From an uncultured Planctomycetales bacterium (GTDB lineage Bacteria; Omnitrophota; Gorgyraeia; Zapsychrales; JANLHA01): 64,000 nt of DNA. Shown here piece by piece: positions 9,828 through 19,089 of this stretch; the stretch's first letter is position 1; each line of letters opens with the position of its first letter. The position numbers and the translations under genes are program-made. Under the pieces are notes generated by a model that saw nothing but the letters and a program-made list of their open reading frames with translations, searched no databases and was not told where the DNA came from. Location: the NCBI GenBank assembly GCA_964489065.1, contig CAZAXH010000007.1:10672-74671 (forward strand), in the 5' to 3' direction.

Positions 9828-10888
9828 AAAACACCCCCTGATCCGGCGCCCGTTTCAACAGGAAAAACCCCGGCACACTCCGCACCGCAAAACGCGCACC
9901 GGTTGCCCTGTATCAAATGATACGCGCCGATTTTGTATCCCGCCCGTTCGATCAGGCATTTCCCGCAGGCATGGCAATATGTGCTGCTCCCTTCCGGATC
10001 GATAATATTTCCCGTGTAAACATGCCGCACGCCCTGGGATCGGGCAATACGCCTGGAACACTGTAAAATGTCCGCCGGGGTGACAGGGGCGTCCACAAGC
10101 CGGTAGGCGGGATGAAACGCGGTCAGATGCAGCGGCACGTCCGGCCCCAGGTTGGAGACAATCCACTCTGCCATTTTGGAAACCTCTTCTTTGGAATCAT
10201 TCCGTCCCGGAATCAGCAGGGTGGTAATTTCAACCCAGACAGACGTTTCATTCTTAAGATACAGCAGGGTCTCGAGGACAGGCCGCAGGGACCCCTGGCA
10301 GTATTCCCGGTAAAACTCTTCGGAAAAGGACTTAAGGTCAACATTGGCGGCATCCATGGCTTGAAAGAAATCCCGGCGCGCCTCACCGGTGATATAACCG
10401 GCGGTCACCGCCACGGTTTTGACCCCCTCTTCATGACAGGCGTCCGCGGTGTCAATCGCGTATTCGGCAAAAATAACCGGTTCGTTATAAGTAAAGGCCA
10501 CGCTGCGGCAGCCCATCTCACGGGCCCGGCGGGCGATGGCCTCAGGCGGCGCATGAACCGCCAGCCGGTCCTCTCCCCGGGAACGGCTTAAATCCCAATT
10601 CTGGCAAAAACGGCAGCCCAGGTTGCAACCGATGGTTCCTAAAGACAAGACACTGGAGCCGGGGAGAAAATGGTTCAACGGTTTTTTTTCAATCGGGTCA
10701 ATGCACAATCCGCTGGTCTGGCCGTAGGCAGTCAGGACAAGACTCTGCCCTATGTTCTGGCGGATAAAACAAAATCCCCTCTGGCCTTCGGCGAGGCGGC
10801 AGGCCCGCGGACAGAGATGGCAGACAATATGGCCTGAATCGGCCTTGTCCCAATATCGGGCGGTAAAAGGCTCTTGATACGAATTCAT
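9824..10888 (-). CDS. Radical SAM protein, AmmeMemoRadiSam-system AmrS-like (PFL-activase family)
   Basis: N-terminal W..(x)VxCxLCPRxCxLxxGQRGFC signature. Radical SAM CxxxCxxC (GCNLGCRFC). Cys-rich C-terminus. No AMMECR1 or MEMO1 partners are in the window. Confidence 0.6.
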   Translation of the reverse strand: MNSYQEPFTARYWDKADSGHIVCHLCPRACRLAEGQRGFCFIRQNIGQSLVLTAYGQTSGLCIDPIEKKPLNHFLPGSSVLSLGTIGCNLGCRFCQNWDLSRSRGEDRLAVHAPPEAIARRAREMGCRSVAFTYNEPVIFAEYAIDTADACHEEGVKTVAVTAGYITGEARRDFFQAMDAANVDLKSFSEEFYREYCQGSLRPVLETLLYLKNETSVWVEITTLLIPGRNDSKEEVSKMAEWIVSNLGPDVPLHLTAFHPAYRLVDAPVTPADILQCSRRIARSQGVRHVYTGNIIDPEGSSTYCHACGKCLIERAGYKIGAYHLIQGNRCAFCGAECAGVFPVETGAGSGGVL

Positions 10889-10930
10889 GGATCGTCCCTA
10901 GTAGGTGACCACAAACCGGCGCTGTATGTA

Positions 10931-11506
10931 TCAGCGCACGATTCCGGCAAATCCCATAAACGCCAGGGAAAGCAGCCCAGCAATGACAAGCGTAATCGGG
11001 ATCCCCCGCATCCCCTGCGGGATATCGGCAAGATCCAGCTGTTCGCGGATACTGGAAAAAAGAATCAAAGCCAGGGAAAATCCGACGGCGTTGGCAATGG
11101 CAAACACCACGCTTTCCAGGAGATTATATTCCTTCTGAATGACCAGGATCGCCACCCCGAGGACGGTGCAATTGGTCGTGATCAGGGGCAGGAAAACGCC
11201 CAGAGCCTGGTAAAGCGGGCGGCTGACCTTCTTTAAAATAATTTCGACCATCTGAACCAGCGCGGCGATGACCAGGATATAGGCCACGGTCTGCAAATAA
11301 CCGATCTGAAAAGGAGCGAGGATGTATGTGTTGACCAGGTACGTCACAATCGTGGCGAGGGTCATGACAAAAATGACCGCCCCGCACATGCCGACAGCGT
11401 TGGAAAAACGGTTGGAAACCCCCAGGCAGGGGCACAGGCCCAGGAAACGGGTCAGGACGATATTGTTCACGAGGACAGCGGAGATAATAATTAAAACATA
11501 TTCCAT
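10931..11506 (-). CDS. rnfA: Rnf complex subunit A
   Basis: RnfA/NqrE family polytopic protein (LGLCPCLGVSNRFSNAVGMG...). Confidence 0.9.
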   Translation of the reverse strand: MEYVLIIISAVLVNNIVLTRFLGLCPCLGVSNRFSNAVGMCGAVIFVMTLATIVTYLVNTYILAPFQIGYLQTVAYILVIAALVQMVEIILKKVSRPLYQALGVFLPLITTNCTVLGVAILVIQKEYNLLESVVFAIANAVGFSLALILFSSIREQLDLADIPQGMRGIPITLVIAGLLSLAFMGFAGIVR

Positions 11507-11510
11507 ACCT

Positions 11511-12140
11511 TTAATCCCTTTTATTGAATAATCGAACCAGGGCGATCATGTACCCCAAAACAATGAAAGCGCCGGGAGCCAGGACAAACACCAATATTCC
11601 GTCGCCGGCGATAAACTTGTGGCCGAAAACCGCACCGCTGCCTAAAAGTTCCCGGACAGTGCCCAAAAGCGTCAGGGCAAAGGTGAACCCCAGGCCCATA
11701 CTTAAACCGTCGATGCCCGAAAGCCAGACGGGATTCTTAGACGCGTACGCTTCCGCTCTCCCCAAAATAATACAGTTAACGACGATCAGGGGCAGAAACA
11801 GCCCCAGCTGCGCGTGCAAAGCCGGGATATACGCCGCCATCACCAGGTCCACGATCGTCACGAAAGAAGCGATCACCACGATAAAACAGGGGATCCGCAC
11901 ATCGTCCGGAACCAGGGATTTGATCAAAGACACCACCATATTGGACATCACCAGCACAAAAGTCGCGGCCAGTCCCATCCCCAAACCGTTGGCCGCGGAC
12001 GTCGTGACCCCAAGGGTGGGGCAGACTCCAAGGACCAGGACAAAAACAGGGTTTTCGCGGAGAAAACCTTTAGTGAAATTCTTCCAGATACTAATGGTCC
12101 GTCTCCTTTCTATAGGTGTCGTACGCCCGCTGAACCGCAT
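11511..12140 (-). CDS. rnfE: Rnf complex subunit E
   Basis: RnfE/NqrD motifs (WKNF...NPVFVLVLGVCPTLGVTTS). The track start at 12140 overlaps rnfG by about 50 nt. The true start is uncertain because there is no canonical start next to the conserved N-terminus. Confidence 0.8.
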   Translation of the reverse strand: MRFSGRTTPIERRRTISIWKNFTKGFLRENPVFVLVLGVCPTLGVTTSAANGLGMGLAATFVLVMSNMVVSLIKSLVPDDVRIPCFIVVIASFVTIVDLVMAAYIPALHAQLGLFLPLIVVNCIILGRAEAYASKNPVWLSGIDGLSMGLGFTFALTLLGTVRELLGSGAVFGHKFIAGDGILVFVLAPGAFIVLGYMIALVRLFNKRD

Positions 12141-12681
12141 CGCAAAAAGCCCGGGAGCTTATGGTCGCGGCCGTGATCGCGTCCACATCCCCCCCGTCTT
12201 TCTTCACCGTCAGTTTGAACACGGCCGGATTTTTATCTTTAAACTGGCGGCTGAAATCCGACTTCTTCCGGTCGATTTTATCCCCCAGTCCCGGGGTCTC
12301 TTTATGGTCGATGACCGCCACATCATAAATCGTCCCGTCCGGGAGAAATCCCACCATGAGCTTGATTTCCCCCCCAAAACCCTGCTGCGTCCAGGACTCG
12401 ACAGCAGTGCCGACCAGTTCCCCGGATTTTCTCACGGGATATAATGTGATACAACGGTCGTTCTGACACCGCTCAATTTTATCGTCAAAAGGCGAGCTGT
12501 CGAATTCCGGCACAACGTTCCTGATCGCCTCGGTCTTTTTATTCAATTCCGCCTGGGCCTTAGGGCCTTTTGTGACTTCATAAACAACCCCTAAAGCGGC
12601 GGAAGAAACAAATGTCGCCACGAAAAGAGTCACCACCAAATTGGCGAATGTCGCTTCCCTTTTCTTCATTCTATTCCCCAA
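12091..12681 (-). CDS. rnfG: Rnf complex subunit G (FMN-binding)
   Basis: RnfG/NqrC FMN-binding domain (ETPGLGDKI...AITAATISSRA). Apparent TTG start. Confidence 0.85.
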   Translation of the reverse strand: MGNRMKKREATFANLVVTLFVATFVSSAALGVVYEVTKGPKAQAELNKKTEAIRNVVPEFDSSPFDDKIERCQNDRCITLYPVRKSGELVGTAVESWTQQGFGGEIKLMVGFLPDGTIYDVAVIDHKETPGLGDKIDRKKSDFSRQFKDKNPAVFKLTVKKDGGDVDAITAATISSRAFCDAVQRAYDTYRKETDH

Positions 12682-13660
12682 ACCGTTTCGGTTTACAATA
12701 CCGGTTGATCAGCGGGACAAACGCGTTCATAATAAGAATCGCGAAAGACACCCCTTCCGGATAGGCGCCAAAAACCCGGATGGTGATGGACAGGATCCCG
12801 ATCCCGCAGCCGTAAATAAACATCCCCCGGGGGACCATGGGGGAGGTCACATAGTCCGTGGCCATAAAAATAGCGCCCAGGACAATTCCTCCGCTTAAAA
12901 CATGAAAAACCGGATCCATATATTGGGACGGGTTCATCAGCCACAAGCAACCGGAAAAAACAGCGGCGCTTCCTATCACGGCAACCGGGATATGCCAGGT
13001 AATGATTTTCCGGTACAGCAGATACGCGCCGCCCGCCAAAAGCGCCAGGGCGGACACTTCCCCCATAGACCCGGCTATCTTCCCCAACAGCATATCCGAA
13101 TAACGCGGCAATTCACCCATCAACTGCTGCGGCGTCATTCCGCTTTTTAAGCCTTCCTTAATAATCGCCAGCGGGGTGGCGGTGGTCACGCCGTCCACGG
13201 CCACCATCGCGCCGCTGAATGGCCTGGGCCACGTTGTCATGGCCGCCGGGAAAGACACCAGAAGGAAAACCCGGCCGACCAGCGCCGGATTAAACGGATT
13301 GTTCCCCAAACCGCCGAAAGACATTTTGGCCACCGCGATCGCAATGAAACTGCCCAGCACCACCATCCACCCGGGAAGCGTGGCCGGCAGGTTAAACGCC
13401 AGCAAAAGGCCCGTGACCGCCGCCGATCCGTCCGCGACCGACGGGTCTTTCTTAAATATATATTTCTGAATGATATATTCAAAAAACACAGCGGAGATAA
13501 CGGCCAAAGCCGAAACTTTCAGGGCCGCCCAGCCGAAGACGATAACCGACACAACCCAGGCGGGCATTAAAGCGATCAGGACCCAGGTCATAATCCTGCG
13601 GACCGACTCCCCGCCGTGGGTATGCGGCGACAAAGAAACCGTTAAAAGTGATGAATTCAT
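12671..13660 (-). CDS. rnfD: Rnf complex subunit D
   Basis: RnfD/NqrB family. The start was set at the ATG giving MNSSLLTVSLSPHTH, the conserved RnfD N-terminus with a ribosome-binding site. The track ORF was over-extended to 13765. Confidence 0.9.
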   Translation of the reverse strand: MNSSLLTVSLSPHTHGGESVRRIMTWVLIALMPAWVVSVIVFGWAALKVSALAVISAVFFEYIIQKYIFKKDPSVADGSAAVTGLLLAFNLPATLPGWMVVLGSFIAIAVAKMSFGGLGNNPFNPALVGRVFLLVSFPAAMTTWPRPFSGAMVAVDGVTTATPLAIIKEGLKSGMTPQQLMGELPRYSDMLLGKIAGSMGEVSALALLAGGAYLLYRKIITWHIPVAVIGSAAVFSGCLWLMNPSQYMDPVFHVLSGGIVLGAIFMATDYVTSPMVPRGMFIYGCGIGILSITIRVFGAYPEGVSFAILIMNAFVPLINRYCKPKRFGE

Positions 13661-15018
13661 TTTTGTTTTTGTTCCTTTAATCTTTTTAATACTTTTGCCT
13701 TTCCAATCCGGATATAATCCAAAAGCGGCCGGTGAGCCGGGCAGGCAAAACTGCAGCAGGCGCACTCACAACAGCTCAACAACCTTTCCTCAAAAGCGCG
13801 GTCCAGCCAATGCCGCTCAACAAGCGCCATCAAGAGATACGGTTCCAGCCCCAGCGGGCAGGCCGACACGCATTTCGCGCAGCGGATACAATTCTGCACG
13901 GGGCCGCGCCTGGCCTGGTCTTCCGGCAAGAGAAGAATCCCGGACATCCCTTTGGTGACCGGGATATCGGCCGAGTCCACGGCCCGGCCCATCATCGGGC
14001 CGCCGGCAATGATCTTGCCGGTCTTATCCGGAAGCCCCCCGGCCGCCTCAATAAGCTCCTGCACCGAAGTCCCGATCCTGACCCAAAAATTGGACGGATT
14101 TTTAAGCGCCGGCCCGGTCACGGTGACGGCGCGTTCCATCAACGGTTTGCTTTTTTGAACAGCTTCATAGACAGCGAAAACCGTCCCGACATTACACACC
14201 ACGCAGCCGACATCGCTGGGAAGCCCCCGGGGCGGAGGCGGGACCTCCCGGCCGGTCAACGCTTTAATAAGCTGCCGTTCCCCGCCCTGGGGATAGCAGA
14301 CTTTAAGCGATTCAACCCGGATACCGGAATCACATCGGGCGGCGGCTGTCATGATGTCCATCGCGTCCGGCTTATTTTCCTCGATACCGATACACGCATG
14401 ACCAATGCCCAAAGCTTTCAAAAGAATCCGGACGCCGGTCATAATCTCTTCACTTTTTTCAAGCATTAAACGGTGATCGGCGGTGAGATACGGCTCGCAT
14501 TCGACTCCGTTAATCAGCAGGAACTCAATGGTTTTATCTTTCGGGGGAGACAGTTTGACATGCGCCGGGAACGTCGCCCCGCCCAAGCCAACGATACCCG
14601 CTGCCGCGATCCTGGCGATAATGTCCTCCCGCTGCTCTGGGATTTCTTTCTTTACCCCCGGAGTCCTGTCAACACCGTCCTCCCAGACGTCCTGCTGAAC
14701 TTCAATAATCACAGCCGGAACCTTGTACCCGGTCACGTCTTTCACAAAATCAATCTTCTTCACCTTCCCGCTCACGGAGGAATGGATGTTCGCGGAAACA
14801 AATCCCCCGGCCCGGGCGATAAGCTGCCCGGTCTTCACAAAATCCCCCGCCTGAACCACAGCCGCGGCCGGAGCGCCGATATGCTGTGCAAGAGGAATGA
14901 CAACGGTTTTCGGCAATGGGAAAACAGATAAAGGTTTGTCCGCCGAAAGCTTGCTGTCGGGAGGATGAACGCCTCCCTGAGGAAAAGTTTTAGATGGACC
15001 GTTCTTCATAATAGTCAA
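13657..15018 (-). CDS. rnfC: Rnf complex subunit C (NADH-binding, 2x[4Fe-4S])
   Basis: RnfC-type domains. Two CxxCxxCxxxCP ferredoxin motifs near the C-terminus. ATGA overlap with rnfD. Confidence 0.9.
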   Translation of the reverse strand: MTIMKNGPSKTFPQGGVHPPDSKLSADKPLSVFPLPKTVVIPLAQHIGAPAAAVVQAGDFVKTGQLIARAGGFVSANIHSSVSGKVKKIDFVKDVTGYKVPAVIIEVQQDVWEDGVDRTPGVKKEIPEQREDIIARIAAAGIVGLGGATFPAHVKLSPPKDKTIEFLLINGVECEPYLTADHRLMLEKSEEIMTGVRILLKALGIGHACIGIEENKPDAMDIMTAAARCDSGIRVESLKVCYPQGGERQLIKALTGREVPPPPRGLPSDVGCVVCNVGTVFAVYEAVQKSKPLMERAVTVTGPALKNPSNFWVRIGTSVQELIEAAGGLPDKTGKIIAGGPMMGRAVDSADIPVTKGMSGILLLPEDQARRGPVQNCIRCAKCVSACPLGLEPYLLMALVERHWLDRAFEERLLSCCECACCSFACPAHRPLLDYIRIGKAKVLKRLKEQKQK

Positions 15019-15067
15019 ATTTTTATTTCAACAGCCGGGATTCGTCTTACTCCAGCCCGTCCCATTC

Positions 15068-15919
15068 TTACACGTTCACCTGCGCCGGCTCAAGTTTGGC
15101 TTTAATTTCCGGAAAATTGATTTCAAGAATCGCGTGCGTTGGACACACCGGCACGCATTTACGGCAAAGCCGGCATTTCCCGGGATCAATATACGCAAAA
15201 TTATTATTTAATGTAATGGCCTCAAAAGGACAGGCTTTCACGCACAACCCGCAGCCGATACAGGCCACCGTGCAGGCCTTTTTGGCGGCCGGCCCTTTGT
15301 CCTGATTCATACAGCCCACGAAAATACGCCGGTTCTTCGGCCCGCGTTTGCGCAACTCAATAAGAGACCGTGGACAAGCCTGGGCACAGGCCCCGCAGGC
15401 CGTGCATTTATCCTCGATGACAACCGGAAGCCCGGTGTCCGAATTCATATAAATCGCCTCAAATTTACATACCTGCACGCAATCGCCCATTCCGAGGCAG
15501 CCGTAAGCGCAGGCCGTGTCGCCGCCGTAAAGGGAAGCCGCGACAGCACAAACCGGGGCGCTGTCGTAAACGCTGGTCTTAGCGCGGTAAGCGTGTGTCC
15601 CCTGACAACGGACCACCGCGATTAAGGGGTCCTTTAGGGACACCTTCTTCCCCAGAATATCAGCCACCGCTTCCATACAGGCCTGGCCGCCGACCGGGCA
15701 ATATAAATCACTTAAATCCCCGGCCGCCACACAGGCCTCGGCAAAATTCCGGCAGCCCGGATATCCGCACCCCCCGCAATTAGCCAGCGGCAATGCCGCT
15801 TCGACTTGATCGACACGGGGGTCTCCCTGCACTTTAAACTTCTGGGCCACGACATATAGGATGACAGCGGACAGAATACCCAGGATACTTAATGTTGCGA
15901 CTGTAAAAATAATCGTCAT
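15068..15919 (-). CDS. rnfB: Rnf complex subunit B (polyferredoxin)
   Basis: N-terminal TM helix. CGGCGYPGC motif. Multiple 4Fe-4S CxxCxxCxxxCP motifs. Confidence 0.85.
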   Translation of the reverse strand: MTIIFTVATLSILGILSAVILYVVAQKFKVQGDPRVDQVEAALPLANCGGCGYPGCRNFAEACVAAGDLSDLYCPVGGQACMEAVADILGKKVSLKDPLIAVVRCQGTHAYRAKTSVYDSAPVCAVAASLYGGDTACAYGCLGMGDCVQVCKFEAIYMNSDTGLPVVIEDKCTACGACAQACPRSLIELRKRGPKNRRIFVGCMNQDKGPAAKKACTVACIGCGLCVKACPFEAITLNNNFAYIDPGKCRLCRKCVPVCPTHAILEINFPEIKAKLEPAQVNV

Positions 15920-16353
15920 GTTTTGAGATGATATTTTTTATAAAGTTTCATCTGGAAAGATCCCTGCAACCGGGGACTTAGTACGTGCAGAAGTATATAA
16001 TAAGGAACCAACATCAGCAACGCTCCGCCTCCGGCCAGGTACTCCCGGGTTGTTATCCCCGAAAAGACAAGGAGTGAAAAAACAACAAGGCCCAGCGGCA
16101 ATACATACGCAAAAAACAGCGCTTTAAAACCTTCTGATGCTTCCAGGATAATGTTGACTTCTTCCCCTATCGTGAAATCTTCCGGTTGGTCATGGAAGAT
16201 GAGGGTTTGATATTGTTTTTCTGCCAGTTCGCAATGTTGCCGGGACTCACATGAGCCGCAGGCCGATGTTCTTAAAAGCTCCACAAAAACATCACGGCCG
16301 CGGATTTCTTTAACGACACCCGGATGCTCAACATTCCGACTGGTATGAGTCAT
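15916..16353 (-). CDS. RseC/MucC-like (SoxR-reducing system) membrane protein preceding the rnf operon
   Basis: N-terminal Cys cluster (CGSCESRQHC) followed by two TM helices. It sits first in the rnf operon, as in many genomes. Confidence 0.6.
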   Translation of the reverse strand: MTHTSRNVEHPGVVKEIRGRDVFVELLRTSACGSCESRQHCELAEKQYQTLIFHDQPEDFTIGEEVNIILEASEGFKALFFAYVLPLGLVVFSLLVFSGITTREYLAGGGALLMLVPYYILLHVLSPRLQGSFQMKLYKKYHLKT

Positions 16354-16526
16354 GTTTTCATCTGCCGGATCGCTTAAATGTTTTTACTATATCTTTGCGC
16401 CTACGTCTTGTCAAGCGGCATTTAGCCCTTCTGAAGGGCGACCGGGCAGACTCCTTGTTCCCGGGGCTATCCCCCGCGCAAGAATCAAGAAACCCCGTCT
16501 CTCCTCTTGACACGTGTTGTCTCTAT

Positions 16527-16919
16527 TTATCTTCTGGAATGGGTACGCCTGGAAGATGATACCGCCGCGCCGGCTGTCCGTGACGGCTTGTTGCGGAGGG
16601 TCTTTTTATAATCAACAAATTTAATAGCAATCAGGAAAAACACGCCAGCAGCCTTTTTCTCCACCCGGACCACTTGGCCGTATCCTTTAAAAATATCAAG
16701 GATCCCGGACATCACCACGTTAACTTCAATGATGTCATCGACGTGCAAAGGGATATCGGAAAAGAACGCCAGCCCCAGGAAGCTCATATCATGCGTCGTG
16801 GATAAATGCCAGCGTTTATCCGCTTTCCGAATCCGTGTTTTTACGACCCGGAACTGGATGCTCAGAATACGTTTTGCGCGTAAAGCCTGCCTCATTTCGC
16901 CAATAGGCTGTTTAACCAT
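16527..16919 (-). CDS. PilZ domain protein (putative c-di-GMP receptor)
   Basis: RxxxR (LRAKR) and DxSxxG-like (DMSFLG) motifs at the appropriate spacing. About 130 aa. Confidence 0.5.
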   Translation of the reverse strand: MVKQPIGEMRQALRAKRILSIQFRVVKTRIRKADKRWHLSTTHDMSFLGLAFFSDIPLHVDDIIEVNVVMSGILDIFKGYGQVVRVEKKAAGVFFLIAIKFVDYKKTLRNKPSRTAGAAVSSSRRTHSRR

Positions 16920-17004
16920 AATTCCCTCTTTTATAATACAAGTCCTTTAATAAGGATAATCTTTAAATCCTTATTCGTCAAGAGGTTGCTCAGTAAGTTT
17001 AGCG

Positions 17005-17078
17005 GGGCTCTTGGTTTAATAAGCCGTAGCCTTGCTGCGGTTCATTGAGTTCAGAGCTTGCTCTAGGGTTTATAGCGT
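17005..17078 (-). repeat. Partial (5'-half) copy of the ~175-nt structured intergenic repeat, reverse orientation
   Basis: CTTGCTGCGGTTCATTGAGTTCAGAGCTTGCTCTAGGGTTTATA matches the reverse complement of the 5' half of the copies at 31388, 31700 and 39413. Confidence 0.55.
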
Positions 17079-17091
17079 TGATTTCCCGGGG

Positions 17092-19053
17092 CTAAAAGGT
17101 GTTCCGTTTAAAAAACAACCGGATATCCCCAGAGGGTTTCTGGTCTGTCAAAGAAAAAATATAGACCCTCTTCTCTTCTATCGGCTGACCAGGCTGGTCT
17201 TGGATGCCATACGTCAAGGAAACCTCCGCGTAAAGCGTATCAACGGGGAAAATGGTGTAAACATGGAAAGTGGCTGTTTCGTCATAGATGGCATAGAGGC
17301 GCTGAAAATCCCGGGAAGCGGTAAATAACCTGACGTAGGGATTCCTGTCATAAAGAATCCTGGCTCCCCGGGGCAATTTCAGGGAAAACGTTAAGTCCTG
17401 AATATCATTGGAAAAAGTTTTACGGATCTTCTGCGTAGGTCCCTTAAAATCCTCTATCCCGGGCTGCGCGGCCAGGAAGGTCTCGATATTCCCCTTGAGA
17501 GGCAGGGTTCCCACCCGTTTATTTTCCAAGTCCAGAATACGGATGCTGTGATTGTTCGTATCAGCGATAAACACACGGTTATTCATATAGCTTACCCCGC
17601 CGGGCCCATTGAACAGGGCCCGGTGAAAAGGGCCGTCTCTAAAGCCTCTGCGAGCGTCACCGCTTAAAGTAGTCAAAGTGTTGTCGGACAGGGAAAACAC
17701 CCGGATTTTATTATTGTAGGTATCGGCGATCAGCAAGGATTCCGGAGTCCGGCATAACCCCAACGGATGCTGCAAGCGCGCCTGCTCCGGGCCCCCCTCC
17801 TCATCGCCATACGTATGCAAACCTTTCCCCGCCATTGTCTCCACCTGCGCACCCAAAAACAGCCCGACACGCCGTATAGCGCTGACCTCGCTGTCAAGGA
17901 CGTAAACGGCATTCTCGGACGGAACGATCCCGGCCGGCTGCGCAAAGGCGCTCTTGAGAAGGGGACCATCAAGCAAATTTTCAATCCCTGACCCGGCATA
18001 CACCTTGATATTTCCATCCTGAAGATCCAGGGTCCAGATCTGGTGCGCGCCGGTCATGGCGATATATAACTGTTCCCCGACCCGTGTCAAATCCGTCGGG
18101 TAATTTAAATCAACCGCAGTCCCGGCCCCTTGGGGAAAACGAGACAGACTTCTACGCCCTGTCCCGGCGATGGTAACCACCTTTCTGGCTTTCAGGTCGG
18201 CCCTCCGGACCGCGTGATTCCCGGCATCGGCGATATAAAGGCTATCCCCCTGCCTCGCCATCCCCTGAGGATCGGTGAACCGGGTGGTCTCAAACGCCCC
18301 GTCTTCAAGCCCGGGAACCCCAGAGCCGATCGTATCCTGAATACGCCCCTGCCCATCGGTTATAAGGATCCGGTTATGGCCGGAGTCGGCGATGAACAAC
18401 CGTTCATCGTCTGTGGCCAGGACCTTCCCCGGGAACAACAGGCTCGTCAACGGCTCTTTATGCCTTTCCAGCCGCAAGGACACCGGGGTGGTCCGGATAA
18501 AATAACCGCCATGGCTGATGCGGGTCCGGAGTTCTTTATCCACGGCCGGATAAATATTTTCCCCGATCTGCTTATGAACGATTTTACCTTCCGGGTCAAT
18601 CAAAATAACCGTGGGCCAGGTGTGAATATCGTAATCCCGCCATATTCTCAACGAGGCGTCATTCACCACCGGATAATCCAGGCTGTAACGGATCACCGCT
18701 TCCTTGACATTATCCGTATAACGCTGAACAGGATATTTGGGAGAATGGATTCCTACAATGACAAGCTCACGGGGATATTTTTCTTGCAAGGCCTTTAATT
18801 CAGGGAAAACATTGACGCAGTTAACGCTGGAATATGTCCAGAAATTCAGCAGGACAAACTTGCCCTTCAGGTCCGCCAAAGTCAACGGAGCTTCGGTGTT
18901 CAACCAGTCCAGTCCGGGCCGAAGCGTCGGCGCCTGTTTATGCGGAAGATACTCCACGAGACCGGCACCCGCCGGAAGTCCGGCGGGATTAAAAAACCAC
19001 AAGACCGCCAGGAAAAGGTAAAAAAAACGCGGTATTGATTTCATGATTTCCAT
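17092..19053 (-). CDS. Thioredoxin-like (redoxin/AhpC-TSA fold) domain protein fused to NHL-repeat beta-propeller
   Basis: Signal peptide. A redoxin-like segment (FVLLNFWTYSSVNC...WPTVILIDPEGKI). Repeated NHL-type blocks follow (LFIADSGHNRI, LYIADAGNHAVRR, VYVLDSE, LLIADTYNNKIRVF, VFIADTNNHSIRIL). Confidence 0.75.
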   Translation of the reverse strand: MEIMKSIPRFFYLFLAVLWFFNPAGLPAGAGLVEYLPHKQAPTLRPGLDWLNTEAPLTLADLKGKFVLLNFWTYSSVNCVNVFPELKALQEKYPRELVIVGIHSPKYPVQRYTDNVKEAVIRYSLDYPVVNDASLRIWRDYDIHTWPTVILIDPEGKIVHKQIGENIYPAVDKELRTRISHGGYFIRTTPVSLRLERHKEPLTSLLFPGKVLATDDERLFIADSGHNRILITDGQGRIQDTIGSGVPGLEDGAFETTRFTDPQGMARQGDSLYIADAGNHAVRRADLKARKVVTIAGTGRRSLSRFPQGAGTAVDLNYPTDLTRVGEQLYIAMTGAHQIWTLDLQDGNIKVYAGSGIENLLDGPLLKSAFAQPAGIVPSENAVYVLDSEVSAIRRVGLFLGAQVETMAGKGLHTYGDEEGGPEQARLQHPLGLCRTPESLLIADTYNNKIRVFSLSDNTLTTLSGDARRGFRDGPFHRALFNGPGGVSYMNNRVFIADTNNHSIRILDLENKRVGTLPLKGNIETFLAAQPGIEDFKGPTQKIRKTFSNDIQDLTFSLKLPRGARILYDRNPYVRLFTASRDFQRLYAIYDETATFHVYTIFPVDTLYAEVSLTYGIQDQPGQPIEEKRVYIFSLTDQKPSGDIRLFFKRNTF

Positions 19054-19089
19054 GCCGTATCCGTCAGCAGACCCGCTTCATAGAATCTA

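Noticed and set aside
11524-12444. 306-aa plus-strand ORF overlapping rnfE/rnfG
   Set aside because: It is antisense to two well-supported Rnf subunit genes. The composition is low-complexity and Arg/Pro-rich.
13732-14469. 245-aa plus-strand ORF inside rnfC
   Set aside because: Antisense to rnfC with no conserved motifs. It is a GC-skew artefact.
18130-18798. 222-aa plus-strand ORF inside the Trx-NHL gene
   Set aside because: Antisense to a gene with recognisable redoxin and NHL motifs. The product is Pro/Gly/Arg-rich.
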